The translations under genes were made by a program, and so were the position numbers. The notes beneath the pieces are model-generated. The model was not told the DNA's origin. It searched no databases and saw only the letters and a program-made list of their open reading frames with translations. Positions 1 to 9,388 of a stretch of DNA of 64,000 nt are shown here, piece by piece. Each line of letters opens with the position of its first letter. Position 1 is the stretch's first letter. Source of the DNA: an uncultured Gammaproteobacteria bacterium (GTDB taxonomy: Bacteria > Pseudomonadota > Gammaproteobacteria > DRLM01); the NCBI GenBank assembly GCA_963729605.1, contig CAVSNY010000007.1, positions 160,001 to 224,000 of the forward strand, in the 5' to 3' direction.

Positions 1-1926
1 ACGTTGTAATTGGGGATGAACACCACCTTGAGTTGATCGCCGATGGCGGGATCGTTGTTCACCACGTCGGCGACGTCGTTAATCAGCTTGATGATCTTTT
101 TGGCCAGCACATAACCCGGCGCGGCCTTGCCGGCGAAGATCGCCGTGCGCGGCACCCGCGGCGCGGCGCTGCCTTGGCGGATACGGTTGTACAAGGTGAT
201 GACGTGCAGCACGTTGAGCAGTTGCCGTTTGTATTCGTGGATGCGTTTGACGTGCACGTCGAACAGGCTGTCGGGATTGATCTGCACGTTCCAATTGCTG
301 GCGGATGAAGCCGGCCAGCCGTTCCTTATTGGCCCGTTTCACCGCCGCGAACTCGCCGCGGAAATCCGCGTCGGCGGCGAACGGCGCGAGGCGCCGCAAT
401 TGATCGAGGTCTTTGCGCCACGCGTCGCCGATGCGTGAGGTGATGAGCTTGGACAGGCCTGGATTGGCCAGATGCAACCACCGCCGCGGCGTGACGCCGT
501 TGGTCTTGTTGGAAATCTTGCCGGGATAAACTGCGTCGAAGTCGTGAAAGATGGTCGATTTCATCAACTCGGTATGTATGGCGGCCACACCGTTCACCGC
601 ATGGCTGCCGGCCACCGCCAGGTGCGCCATGCGCACCCGCCGTTCGCCGTCTTCATTGATCAGCGAGACGCGCCGCATCCGCGCGTAGTCGCCGGGGAAC
701 AGGTGGGTGACGCACTTCAAAAACTGATGATTGATCTCGTAGATGATCTGCAAATGCCGCGGCAGGATCTGCTCGAGCAAGGCCACCGGCCAGGTCTCCA
801 GTGCCTCCGGCAGCAGGGTGTGATTGGTGTACGAGAAGGTGCGGACCGTGATGTCCCAGGCCTTGTCCCAATCCACGTGATAAATGTCCACCAGCAAGCG
901 CATCAACTCGGGAATGGCCAGCACCGGATGGGTGTCGTTGAGCTGGATGGCCACCTGGTCGGGCAAGGCGTCGAAATCGTCGTGGGTTTTTTGGTAGCGG
1001 CGAATGATGTCCTGCAGGGTGGCGCTGACGAAGAAATATTGCTGTTTCAAACGCAGCTCGCGGCCCATCAGCGTAGTGTCGTCGGGATAAAGCACCTTCG
1101 ACAAATTCTCCGATTCGTTCTTCACTTCGACCGCTTTGATGTAATTGCCTTCGTTGAAATAACGCAGGTCGAAATCGCGGCTGGCCTTGGCCGACCACAG
1201 CCGCATATTGTTCACGGTGTTGGTGCCGAAACCGGGAATCGGCGTGTCGTAGGCCATGGCCATCACGTCTTCCGTGCCGATCCAGTGATAACGCTTGCGG
1301 CCGCGCTCGTCGGGATACTCCACCACCCGCCCGTAAAATTTCACCGGATATAACACTTCCGGGCGCGGGAACTCCCAGGGATTGCCGTAGCGCAGCCAAT
1401 TTTCCGGGTGCTCCACTTGATAGCCGTTTTCGATGCGCTGGTTGAACATGCCGTATTCATAGCGGATGCCGTAGCCGTAGCCCGGCAGGCCGAGGGTGGC
1501 GATGGAGTCGAGGAAGCAGGCCGCCAGCCGGCCCAGGCCGCCGTTGCCGAGCGCCGCGTCCGGCTCCAGTTCGCGGATGGTTTCCATGTCGAGGCCGATG
1601 GCGCGGAAGGCCTCGGTGAACTCGTCGGCGATGTCCATGTTGAGCACGCTGTTGGTGAGCGTGCGGCCGATGAGAAACTCCAAGGACATGTAATAAATGC
1701 GCTTGGCGTTTTGCCGGTAATAGGTCCGCTGAGTCTCCATCCAGCGTTCCATGAGCCGATCGCGCACCACGTAGGCCGCGACGTGATACCAGTCGCGGTC
1801 GGTGGCGGTGTACATATCCTTGCCGGCGGAATACTCCAGGCGGTTGGCCAGGGATTGTTTGATGGATTCGGTATCGAGGCCGAGGTAATCGTATTTGAGT
1901 TTGGGATTAATGCGTTGCTGGGCCAT
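1..1926 (-). CDS. glgP: Glycogen/starch phosphorylase (runs off the left edge; apparent frameshift near 280)
   Basis: Motifs [38 protein letters not shown] and [11 protein letters not shown]. After about nt 280 another frame continues [24 protein letters not shown], so the gene extends beyond position 1. Confidence 0.95.
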
Positions 1927-2145
1927 GAGTCCTTTACCCCCTTCGGGTCGTCCTTTGAATCCCGTCGGGATTCATAATAAGCCTTTTTACGGCCCGCCAC
2001 GCCATTTCTTGAAGAAGAGCGTCCCCGCCGCCTCCCTTGCCTAGCCGCCGGCTTTTGCGTATGATTCCGCGTTCTCTGTGCGGGGGACCCGTCGGAGCGC
2101 CGGCGGAGCTAGCCCCGGCAGTCAGCAAGGCTAAAGAGGTTCACC

Positions 2146-2352
2146 ATGAAAGCGGACATACACCCCGCCTACAGCGAGATCAAGGTCACTTGCAGCTGTG
2201 GCAATACGTTTAACACCCGTTCCACGCTCGGTCACGACCTGCATCTGGACGTGTGCTCGGCCTGCCATCCCTTCTACACCGGCAAGCAAAAGCTGGTGGA
2301 CACCGCGGGCCGCGTGGACAAATTCCGTCAGAAGTACGGTTTGAGCAAGTAA
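2146..2352 (+). CDS. rpmE: 50S ribosomal protein L31 (Zn-binding type)
   Basis: MKADIHPAY...CSCG...[15 protein letters not shown]...[10 protein letters not shown]. Confidence 0.98.
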   Translation: MKADIHPAYSEIKVTCSCGNTFNTRSTLGHDLHLDVCSACHPFYTGKQKLVDTAGRVDKFRQKYGLSK

Positions 2353-2359
2353 TCCGCCG

Positions 2360-3190
2360 ATGGCGGATGACCGCGGAGCAAGGGCGCCTGATCCGGGCGC
2401 CCTTGCTCGTTTCCGGACCCCGGTCCGGCGTCTTTTCCCCTGTTTCGTCCTCCTCATCTGCTGGTCGGATTTCCTCCCGGCGGCGGATTGTCGCGCCGAC
2501 CGCGTCGATGAAACCGCGCAGGTGGATTCCGTATACGACGGCGACACCCTGCACCTGCGCGACGGCCGCCGCCTGCGGCTGATCGGTCTCGACGCCCCCG
2601 AACTGGGCCGCGACGGCCAACCCGACCAGCCTTTGGCCGTGGCCGCGCGCGACGTGTTGCGACATCGTCTGCCGGCCGATGCCGGGCTGCGCCTGCGTTA
2701 CGACGCGGAGCGAGAGGACGCCCACGGCCGCACCCTCGCCCACCTGTTTTTCGCCGACGGCGCCAGCGTCACCGCCTGGTTGCTGGAACAGGGCCTCGCC
2801 ACCTTGCTCCTCATTCCCCCCGATCTTTGGAACGCCGACTGTTACGCCGCCGCCGAGCGGCGGGCCCGCGAGCGCGGGCTGGGGGTATGGGCCTTGCCGG
2901 ATTATCAGCCCGTCGCCGCGGCCCGTCTGCCCCGCACCGCGCGCGGCTATCGGGTCGTGCGGGGCAGCGTCCTGCGGGTACGCGAGGGCGACGCTGCGCG
3001 CTGGTTGATTCTGGAAAACCAGGTCGCGGCGCGTATCGACCGGCATGATCTGGCCCACTTCACCCAGGTCCGGTTAAACGATTTGGCGCGGCGACCAGTG
3101 GAGGTGCGCGGCTGGGTGTACCCGGTGGGCGACGAATTGCATATCAAGCTGCGCCACCCCGCCCAGCTCGATATAGTATCCGCCGAATAA
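2360..3190 (+). CDS. Thermonuclease (SNase-like) family protein; true start probably downstream of 2360
   Basis: VYDGDTL, LRLIGLDAPE, DAHGRTLAHLF, LLEQGLA and ARERGLGVW motifs, plus a C-terminal OB-like region. Confidence 0.88.
   Translation: MADDRGARAPDPGALARFRTPVRRLFPCFVLLICWSDFLPAADCRADRVDETAQVDSVYDGDTLHLRDGRRLRLIGLDAPELGRDGQPDQPLAVAARDVLRHRLPADAGLRLRYDAEREDAHGRTLAHLFFADGASVTAWLLEQGLATLLLIPPDLWNADCYAAAERRARERGLGVWALPDYQPVAAARLPRTARGYRVVRGSVLRVREGDAARWLILENQVAARIDRHDLAHFTQVRLNDLARRPVEVRGWVYPVGDELHIKLRHPAQLDIVSAE
2376..2408 (+). terminator. Hairpin after rpmE, likely terminator
   Basis: GAGCAAGGGCGCC-loop-GGCGCCCTTGCTC followed by GTTT, just after the rpmE stop. Confidence 0.6.
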
Positions 3191-3349
3191 ACGGGCGACC
3201 CACGCTTCAGCGGTATAGTATTCAGACCGATCAAGAAAGGCGCGGCGCGCCGTGGCCGCCGCCCCGCCTCCTGATACATAATGCGCGCCTGTTTTACCCG
3301 CGCCGTCGCGCCAGAACGAGTTGTCACCGAAACCGAAGCAGGATACCGC

Positions 3350-4594
3350 ATGAGCAAAGACCGCAAACAAGCCGCCCTCGACTACCACGCCCAGCCGCGG
3401 CCCGGCAAAATCGCCATCGCCATCACCAAGTCCTGTCTCACTCAAGAAGACTTGTCGCTGGCCTACACGCCGGGCGTGGCCGAACCGGTGCGCGCCATCC
3501 ACGCCGACCCCGAGGCCGCCTACCGTTACACCTCCAAAGGCAATCTAGTGGCGGTGATCACCGACGGCAGCGCGGTGCTGGGTCTCGGTAAAATGGGCGC
3601 GCTGGCCTCCAAGCCGGTGATGGAAGGCAAGGGCGTGTTGTTCAAAAAATTCGCCGACATCGATGTCTTCGACATCGAAGTCGACGCCACCAGCCCCGAG
3701 CATTTCATCGAGACCGTGGCGGCCATCGCGCCGACCTTCGGCGGCATCAATCTCGAGGACATCGCCGCGCCGCATTGCTTCACCATCGAAGCCGCCTTGA
3801 TCGAGCGGCTCGACATCCCGGTGTTTCACGACGACCAGCACGGCACCGCGATCATCGTCGCCGCCGGCCTGCTCAATGCGCTGGAACTGCAAGGCAAGCA
3901 GTTGCAAGACGCGCGCATCGTCTGCCTCGGCGCCGGTGCGGCGGGCATCGCCTCCATGCATCTCTTGGTGGCGTTGGGCGCGAAGAAGGAAAATCTTTCT
4001 TTGGTGGATCGTATCGGCGTGATTCACAGCGGCCGCGACGATTTGAACATCTATAAACGTGAATTCGCGATCGACACCGCCAAGCGCACCCTGGCCGACG
4101 CCATGCAAAGCGCCGACGCCTTCATCGGCCTGTCGGGACCCGATTTGGTCAGCGAGGCCATGCTCGCCGCCATGGCGCCGAACCCGGTGATCTTCGCCTT
4201 ATCCAATCCCGACCCCGAGATCAGCCCCGAGCTCGCGCACACCGTGCGCAATGACATCATCATGGCCACCGGTCGCAGCGACTATCCCAATCAAGTGAAC
4301 AACGTGTTGGGCTTTCCCTTCATCTTCCGCGGCGCGCTCGACGTGCGCGCCAGCCGCATCAACTCCGCCATGCAAGTCGCCGCCGTCCACGCCTTGTGCG
4401 CACTCGCGCGCGAGCCGGTGCCGGCCGACGTGCTCAAGGCCTATAAATTGGATCATCTCGAATTCGGTCCCGATTACATCATCCCCAAACCGCTGGACCC
4501 GCGTTTGATCGACTACATCGCCCCCGCCGTGGCGCGCGCGGCGGTGGAGAGCGGCGTGGCGCGGCAGAAGTATCCGGAGCATTATCCGGAGTAG
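3350..4594 (+). CDS. Malic enzyme, short form without a PTA domain
   Basis: [47 protein letters not shown] and [18 protein letters not shown]. Confidence 0.93.
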   Translation: MSKDRKQAALDYHAQPRPGKIAIAITKSCLTQEDLSLAYTPGVAEPVRAIHADPEAAYRYTSKGNLVAVITDGSAVLGLGKMGALASKPVMEGKGVLFKKFADIDVFDIEVDATSPEHFIETVAAIAPTFGGINLEDIAAPHCFTIEAALIERLDIPVFHDDQHGTAIIVAAGLLNALELQGKQLQDARIVCLGAGAAGIASMHLLVALGAKKENLSLVDRIGVIHSGRDDLNIYKREFAIDTAKRTLADAMQSADAFIGLSGPDLVSEAMLAAMAPNPVIFALSNPDPEISPELAHTVRNDIIMATGRSDYPNQVNNVLGFPFIFRGALDVRASRINSAMQVAAVHALCALAREPVPADVLKAYKLDHLEFGPDYIIPKPLDPRLIDYIAPAVARAAVESGVARQKYPEHYPE

Positions 4595-4631
4595 ATGTTC
4601 CGGGAGAAGGAATAAAGAATTCTTAGGCGGG

Positions 4632-5492
4632 TTATAGTAACCCGCCTTGCATTGGTCGGCTGCGGTGTTCGATGACTTTTAGAATAGTCTTTTCAGTTAC
4701 CAGACGTTCGCCCTGTCTATTTTGTTGAATGCGCATCTCCACAATCAGGGAATCACCTTTTGCAAACGCCTCGCCATTGTTAACGCGGGAAATAAAATCC
4801 ACATCAGCGATATCCGCGTGGAACGAACTGGACCCGTCCGAAAAACGCCATTTATTACCATCCTTAAAGACGGGCGCTTCAATGATAAGAGCTGTCTTGA
4901 TGCTGTTGTCGAACAGCGGGACCTCAGGCGCGACTGGTACAAAGGCGCTGGCTTCGCGTTGCGACACCTCGATAATGCGCTCTACCCCTTGTTCATGTTC
5001 AGCATCTACGGATACTGAATCCATCCCTTGTTTTCCGAGAGCATCATGAATGAAACGCTGAGCGGCTTCAGAAGCTTTTTCTTGAAAAACTAGCGACACA
5101 CTTTGTGTGTTGACAGTAAGTATCTGGCCGTTATTGTTAGTGACGTTGATAGTGTTGTGCTGTCCGCGTTCGCTCTTTTGCGGAGGGACGCCACCAAGAT
5201 GCTTCCATAACTTAACTGCCTCATTGATGGTGCCAAACAACTCTCTCATTGTCCCAGCGGTTAGCAAGGTGGCAATAGGGCCACCCACATTGATGACTAA
5301 ATCAGTAACGAACGAACCACGCCCGAAACCCGCCACCTCCGCTCGTGCGCGCGCTTCTTCTCCATAAGTTGCCTTCGCCGCCGCTACTACAAACTCGGAG
5401 AAAGCGATCATGTTTGCAGCGGCATCGTATACATCCATGAGACCAGCCTCGACTGCGGGGCCGCTATAACGAAGGCTAAGACGTGTTTGCAT
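4632..5492 (-). CDS. Hypothetical protein, AT-richer than flanks (likely horizontally acquired)
   Basis: 286-aa ORF with protein-like composition; base composition visibly differs from the neighbouring genes. Confidence 0.75.
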   Translation of the reverse strand: MQTRLSLRYSGPAVEAGLMDVYDAAANMIAFSEFVVAAAKATYGEEARARAEVAGFGRGSFVTDLVINVGGPIATLLTAGTMRELFGTINEAVKLWKHLGGVPPQKSERGQHNTINVTNNNGQILTVNTQSVSLVFQEKASEAAQRFIHDALGKQGMDSVSVDAEHEQGVERIIEVSQREASAFVPVAPEVPLFDNSIKTALIIEAPVFKDGNKWRFSDGSSSFHADIADVDFISRVNNGEAFAKGDSLIVEMRIQQNRQGERLVTEKTILKVIEHRSRPMQGGLL

Positions 5493-5601
5493 GATAATTT
5501 CCCATTCTCGAGCATCACGGCGTATTAAATGTACGTTTATCTTCTGCTAGTTGAATGTCCAATATTCATTCAAGCCATCCTTGATGGCAAGCATAGATTT
5601 A

Positions 5602-5850
5602 ATGCGGGGTCTCGCCCCCGCGGGCGAGGTACTTTCTTTTGCGCGGCCAAAAGAAAGTACCCAAAGAAAAGGCCGCCCGGCGGTGGCGTTCCGCGCGTTG
5701 CGCGGAATACCCTGCGCGCTTCGGGCAGCGCGGGGTTTTTCAGACAGGCCGTCCCTGGCCTGTCTGAAAAAGCTCGCCATCCCTGGCTTCGCCCCTGCGG
5801 GCCTGATCCGCGCCACCCTGCAGTGCTCGGCGCTACCGACGGGAGTTGAA
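5602..5850. repeat. Multi-hairpin intergenic element
   Basis: Stacked palindromes: GCGGGG-TCTCG-CCCCGC; GTACTTTCTTTTG...CAAAAGAAAGTAC; TTCCGCGC-GTT-GCGCGGAA; TTTTCAGACAGGCC...GGCCTGTCTGAAAA. Confidence 0.75.
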
Positions 5851-5876
5851 AACCAACATCCTCGTCGGCAATAAAT

Positions 5877-6000
5877 GTAGGGTGGGTTAGGCCGAAGGCC
5901 GTAACCCACCAAGCTGTCGCGTAGCGACTCGTTAATCAATTCCCATAAGGTGCGCCTGACGGCGCGGGTTGGTGGGTTACGCTGCGCTAACCCACCCTAC
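5877..6000. repeat. Inverted pair of GTAG-type REP sequences (REPIN-like)
   Basis: GTAGGGTGGGTTAGGCCGAAGGCCGTAACCCACC ... GGTGGGTTACGCTGCGCTAACCCACCCTAC. Confidence 0.88.
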
Positions 6001-6209
6001 ATTGATTTTGTGATCCCGAAATAACACCTCGTCCGCGTCGCCGACTTACCTACTTAATCGTTCTTCGCCGCCACACGCCCTTCTTCAGTGCGCCATTCGA
6101 TTGAGCACAAGCAACATTCGTGGATCACCCATGTTAGTGAATCGCGACTTTACAAACCCACATTCGCCGCCCATCATCCTTATGCAGGTGTCAGGCAAAG
6201 GAGTCCGTC

Positions 6210-7133
6210 GTGAGGAAGATCGCCATCGTGGGGCCGGGGCGGGTCGGTGAATCCACCGCGCAGATTCTGGCGAAGGAGTCGCTGTGCCGCGAGTTGGTGC
6301 TGGTGGGCATCGATGACGGTGTGGCGCGCGGCATCGCCTTGGATGTGCAGGAGTCGGCGCCGCTGTTCGGTTTCGATACCAAGGTGAGCGGCGGTGCCGA
6401 TCCCGCGTTGCTGGCCGATGCCGATCTGGTGATCATGACCGCGGGGCTGCCGCGCAAGCCGGGCATGAGTCGCGATCAACTGCGCGACGCCAATCTCGCG
6501 GTGTCGCGCGCGGTGGTGGCCAATGTGCTGCGTCACGCGCCGAACGCAATGTTGCTGATGGTGAGCAATCCGGTGGACGTGCTCACCTATGATGCTTACA
6601 AGCAGACCGGCTGGCCGCGCGAGCGGGTGTTCGGCCTGTCGGGTGTGCTGGACAGCGCGCGCATGGCGAATTTCGTGGCGCAGGCCAGCGGTTATTCGGT
6701 GCGCGACATCACGGCGCTGGTGATCGGCGGTCACGGCGACGCCATGGTGCCCTTGCCGGACTACACCTGTATCAACGGCATCCCCATCAAACATTTTCTC
6801 GACGCGGCGACTATTGCGCGGCTGATCGAACACACCCGCCAGGGCGGCGCGGAGATCCTCGCCCTCAAACAGACCAGCAGCGCCTACGACTCCCCCGCCG
6901 CCGCCATCGCCACCATGACGGAGGCGATCATCCGCGATCGCAAGCGGATACTGCCCTGCGTGGCGGTGCTCGACGGTGAATACGGGCAACGCGATATCGC
7001 GCTCGGCGTACCGGTGGTGTTGGGCGACGCCGGTGTGGAGAAAGTGCTTGAATTGCCGCTAACCGAAGACGAGAGCGCCGCCTTGCTCCGCTCGGCGGCA
7101 TCGGTGCGGGCGAGTCTCGGCGGTTCAAGCTGA
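6210..7133 (+). CDS. mdh: Malate dehydrogenase (LDH-like)
   Basis: GPGRVG Rossmann motif, TAGLPRKPGMSR, VSNPVD, GVLDSAR and IGGHGD. Confidence 0.92.
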   Translation: MRKIAIVGPGRVGESTAQILAKESLCRELVLVGIDDGVARGIALDVQESAPLFGFDTKVSGGADPALLADADLVIMTAGLPRKPGMSRDQLRDANLAVSRAVVANVLRHAPNAMLLMVSNPVDVLTYDAYKQTGWPRERVFGLSGVLDSARMANFVAQASGYSVRDITALVIGGHGDAMVPLPDYTCINGIPIKHFLDAATIARLIEHTRQGGAEILALKQTSSAYDSPAAAIATMTEAIIRDRKRILPCVAVLDGEYGQRDIALGVPVVLGDAGVEKVLELPLTEDESAALLRSAASVRASLGGSS

Positions 7134-7305
7134 TATCGCGGCACGCATGAGTGCCGCATCGAAAAAGACCGCTGGATTTTTTCAGCATGCCAGGCGACAT
7201 CCGCGCTCACCGTCGCGGCGCCATTTACGCCGACTGAGCCCGCGCGCGGAACGCGGGTGTTTGCCACGGATTTTCTTTTAGCCGCCAGCAACGAGGAGCA
7301 CGGCC

Positions 7306-8667
7306 ATGGGCGATAAAAAACACACCCTGACCCTTACCGACAGCGCCACCGGTAAATCCATCGAACTGCCGGTGCGCTACGGCACCGAAGGCCCGCCCGC
7401 GGTGGACATCGGGCCGCTTTATCGTGAATTCGGTTATTTCACTTACGACCCCGGTTTCGTCTCCACCGGCAGTTGCCGCAGCGCCATTACGTTCATCGAC
7501 GGTGAAAAAGGCGTGTTGCTGTATCGCGGTTATCCCATCGCGCAGCTCGCGGAAAAGAGCACGTTTCTCGAAGTCGCGTATCTGCTGCTCTACGGCGAGT
7601 TGCCCAGCCAGGATCAGCTGGACGGTTTCACCAACGTGATCGTGCGCCACACCATGATCAACGAAAGCCTCAAGAGTTTTTATCAAGGTTTCTATCACGA
7701 CGCCCACCCGATGGCGACCATGGTGGGGGTGGTGGGTTCGCTGTCGGCGTTTTATCACGACTCCACCGACATCCGTAATCCGCATCACCGCGAGATCGCC
7801 GCCCATCGTCTGATCGCCAAGATGCCCACCATCGCCGGCGCCAGCTACAAGCATTCCATCGGCGAACCGTTCGTGTATCCGAAAAACAGTTTGAGTTACG
7901 CCGGCAATTTTTTGCGGATGATGTTCGCGGTGCCGACCGAAGAATACGAAGTGGACCCGGTGGCGGAAAAGGCCCTGGATTTGATCTTCATTCTGCACGC
8001 CGATCACGAGCAAAACGCCAGCACCTCCACGGTGCGCCTGGCCGGCAGCTCCGGCGCCAATCCTTTCGCCTGCATCGCCTCCGGCATCGCCGCCCTGTGG
8101 GGGCCGGCGCACGGCGGCGCCAACGAGGCGGTGTTGCGCATGCTGGCGCAGATCGGCGACGTCAAACACATTCCCCAGTACCTGGCCAAGGCCAAGGACA
8201 AAAACGATCCCTTCCGTTTGATGGGTTTCGGCCATCGCGTGTATAAAAATTACGACCCGCGCGCCCGCATCATCCGCAAGATGTGTCATGAGGTGTTGGA
8301 GAAGGTCGGCGATCAGCACGACCCCTTGTTCGAACTGGCGCTGCGCCTCGAAGAGCTGGCGCTCAAAGACGATTATTTCATCGAGCGCAAACTCTATCCC
8401 AACGTCGATTTTTATTCCGGGCTGATCTACAAGGCGCTGGGCATTCCCACCAATATGTTCACCGTGATGTTCGCCATCGCCCGCACCGTGGGCTGGGTGG
8501 CGCAATGGATGGAGATGATCGGCGAGCCGGATCAAAAAATCGGCCGGCCTCGGCAGATCTACGACGGTCCCGCGGCGCGGGATTATCTGCCCATCCGCCG
8601 CCGCAAGGCCGCGGCCCCCGGTGCGGGCACGGCCGACCTCAACGGCGAGGCGCGTAATACGGATTAG
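7306..8667 (+). CDS. gltA: Citrate synthase (type II)
   Basis: [45 protein letters not shown] and YPNVDFYSG. Confidence 0.97.
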   Translation: MGDKKHTLTLTDSATGKSIELPVRYGTEGPPAVDIGPLYREFGYFTYDPGFVSTGSCRSAITFIDGEKGVLLYRGYPIAQLAEKSTFLEVAYLLLYGELPSQDQLDGFTNVIVRHTMINESLKSFYQGFYHDAHPMATMVGVVGSLSAFYHDSTDIRNPHHREIAAHRLIAKMPTIAGASYKHSIGEPFVYPKNSLSYAGNFLRMMFAVPTEEYEVDPVAEKALDLIFILHADHEQNASTSTVRLAGSSGANPFACIASGIAALWGPAHGGANEAVLRMLAQIGDVKHIPQYLAKAKDKNDPFRLMGFGHRVYKNYDPRARIIRKMCHEVLEKVGDQHDPLFELALRLEELALKDDYFIERKLYPNVDFYSGLIYKALGIPTNMFTVMFAIARTVGWVAQWMEMIGEPDQKIGRPRQIYDGPAARDYLPIRRRKAAAPGAGTADLNGEARNTD

Positions 8668-8761
8668 GTTGGGGAAGAAGTCGGCGCCGCCAAGACGCGG
8701 GGCCAAAAAACGCTCGAATCAAATCAAAAAATTTTGGCGTGCTTGGCGTCCAATGGTTTTT

Positions 8762-9376
8762 TCAGAGGGTCTCCAGCAACACCCGCAACTCGTCGGCATT
8801 GGCCCGTTCCATCGGCCGGCCGTCCACGTCGCTCTTGAAGGCCTGCCGCGCCGCGACCGGCGGAAACACCACCAACAGCAGCGGCGTCTCTTCGGCGAGG
8901 AAGCGATAGGCCGGATAGGTGGCGGTCTCGCCGCCGCTCAAGGTCAGCCGCTTGTCGCAGAGTTGATGGGGAATGCGGTGTTCCATGAGAAACAGCCCCG
9001 GCTCTTCCGGGGTGTCGGCGAACACATGCAGATTGATCTCCGTGTGCTCATCGGCCGTGCCGCGCAGCACCGGCCCCACCAACCGCGGCTTGAAGCGTTC
9101 GAGAAACAACATGGCGTGCAGCGCGGTTTCCCGCAGGTGTTTTAAGCGCGCCGGCTGGCTGTCGGCGCGGAACAGCCGCTGATATTCCACCAGGGCCCGT
9201 TCGATCTCGTCATTGCGCGGCAGGTTGCGGGTGTTGCCGGCGCCGAGGCGGACCGCCGCCTTGTGTTTGGCTTTGTAAAAATCCGTCAAATGCTCCTCGC
9301 TCATGATGCGGGCGGCCTCGACGGCGATGAGTTGACGCATGCGGACTTCGTTGGTGTGGCCGCGACGGGGTTTCAT
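8762..9376 (-). CDS. Hypothetical protein with a degenerate nucleotidyltransferase-like motif
   Basis: Directly downstream of mrcA with an RBS (AAGGGGAG); IAVEAARIM...KAKHKAA...PRLVGPVLRGTA. Confidence 0.75.
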   Translation of the reverse strand: MKPRRGHTNEVRMRQLIAVEAARIMSEEHLTDFYKAKHKAAVRLGAGNTRNLPRNDEIERALVEYQRLFRADSQPARLKHLRETALHAMLFLERFKPRLVGPVLRGTADEHTEINLHVFADTPEEPGLFLMEHRIPHQLCDKRLTLSGGETATYPAYRFLAEETPLLLVVFPPVAARQAFKSDVDGRPMERANADELRVLLETL

Positions 9377-9388
9377 GGCGTACTCCCC

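Noticed and set aside
4625-4648. Possible attC inverse core at the end of the 4632-5492 gene (CTATAAC)
   Set aside because: It is part of a short perfect hairpin (AGGCGGGTTA-TAG-TAACCCGCCT) between convergent genes; no attC body or 5' core site was found
5529-5939. Overlapping ORFs of 106-130 aa
   Set aside because: They are translations of palindromic repeat DNA
8595-8667. Unusual C-terminal tail on citrate synthase
   Set aside because: Short low-complexity extension that could be a stop shift or a sequencing error; no supporting signal
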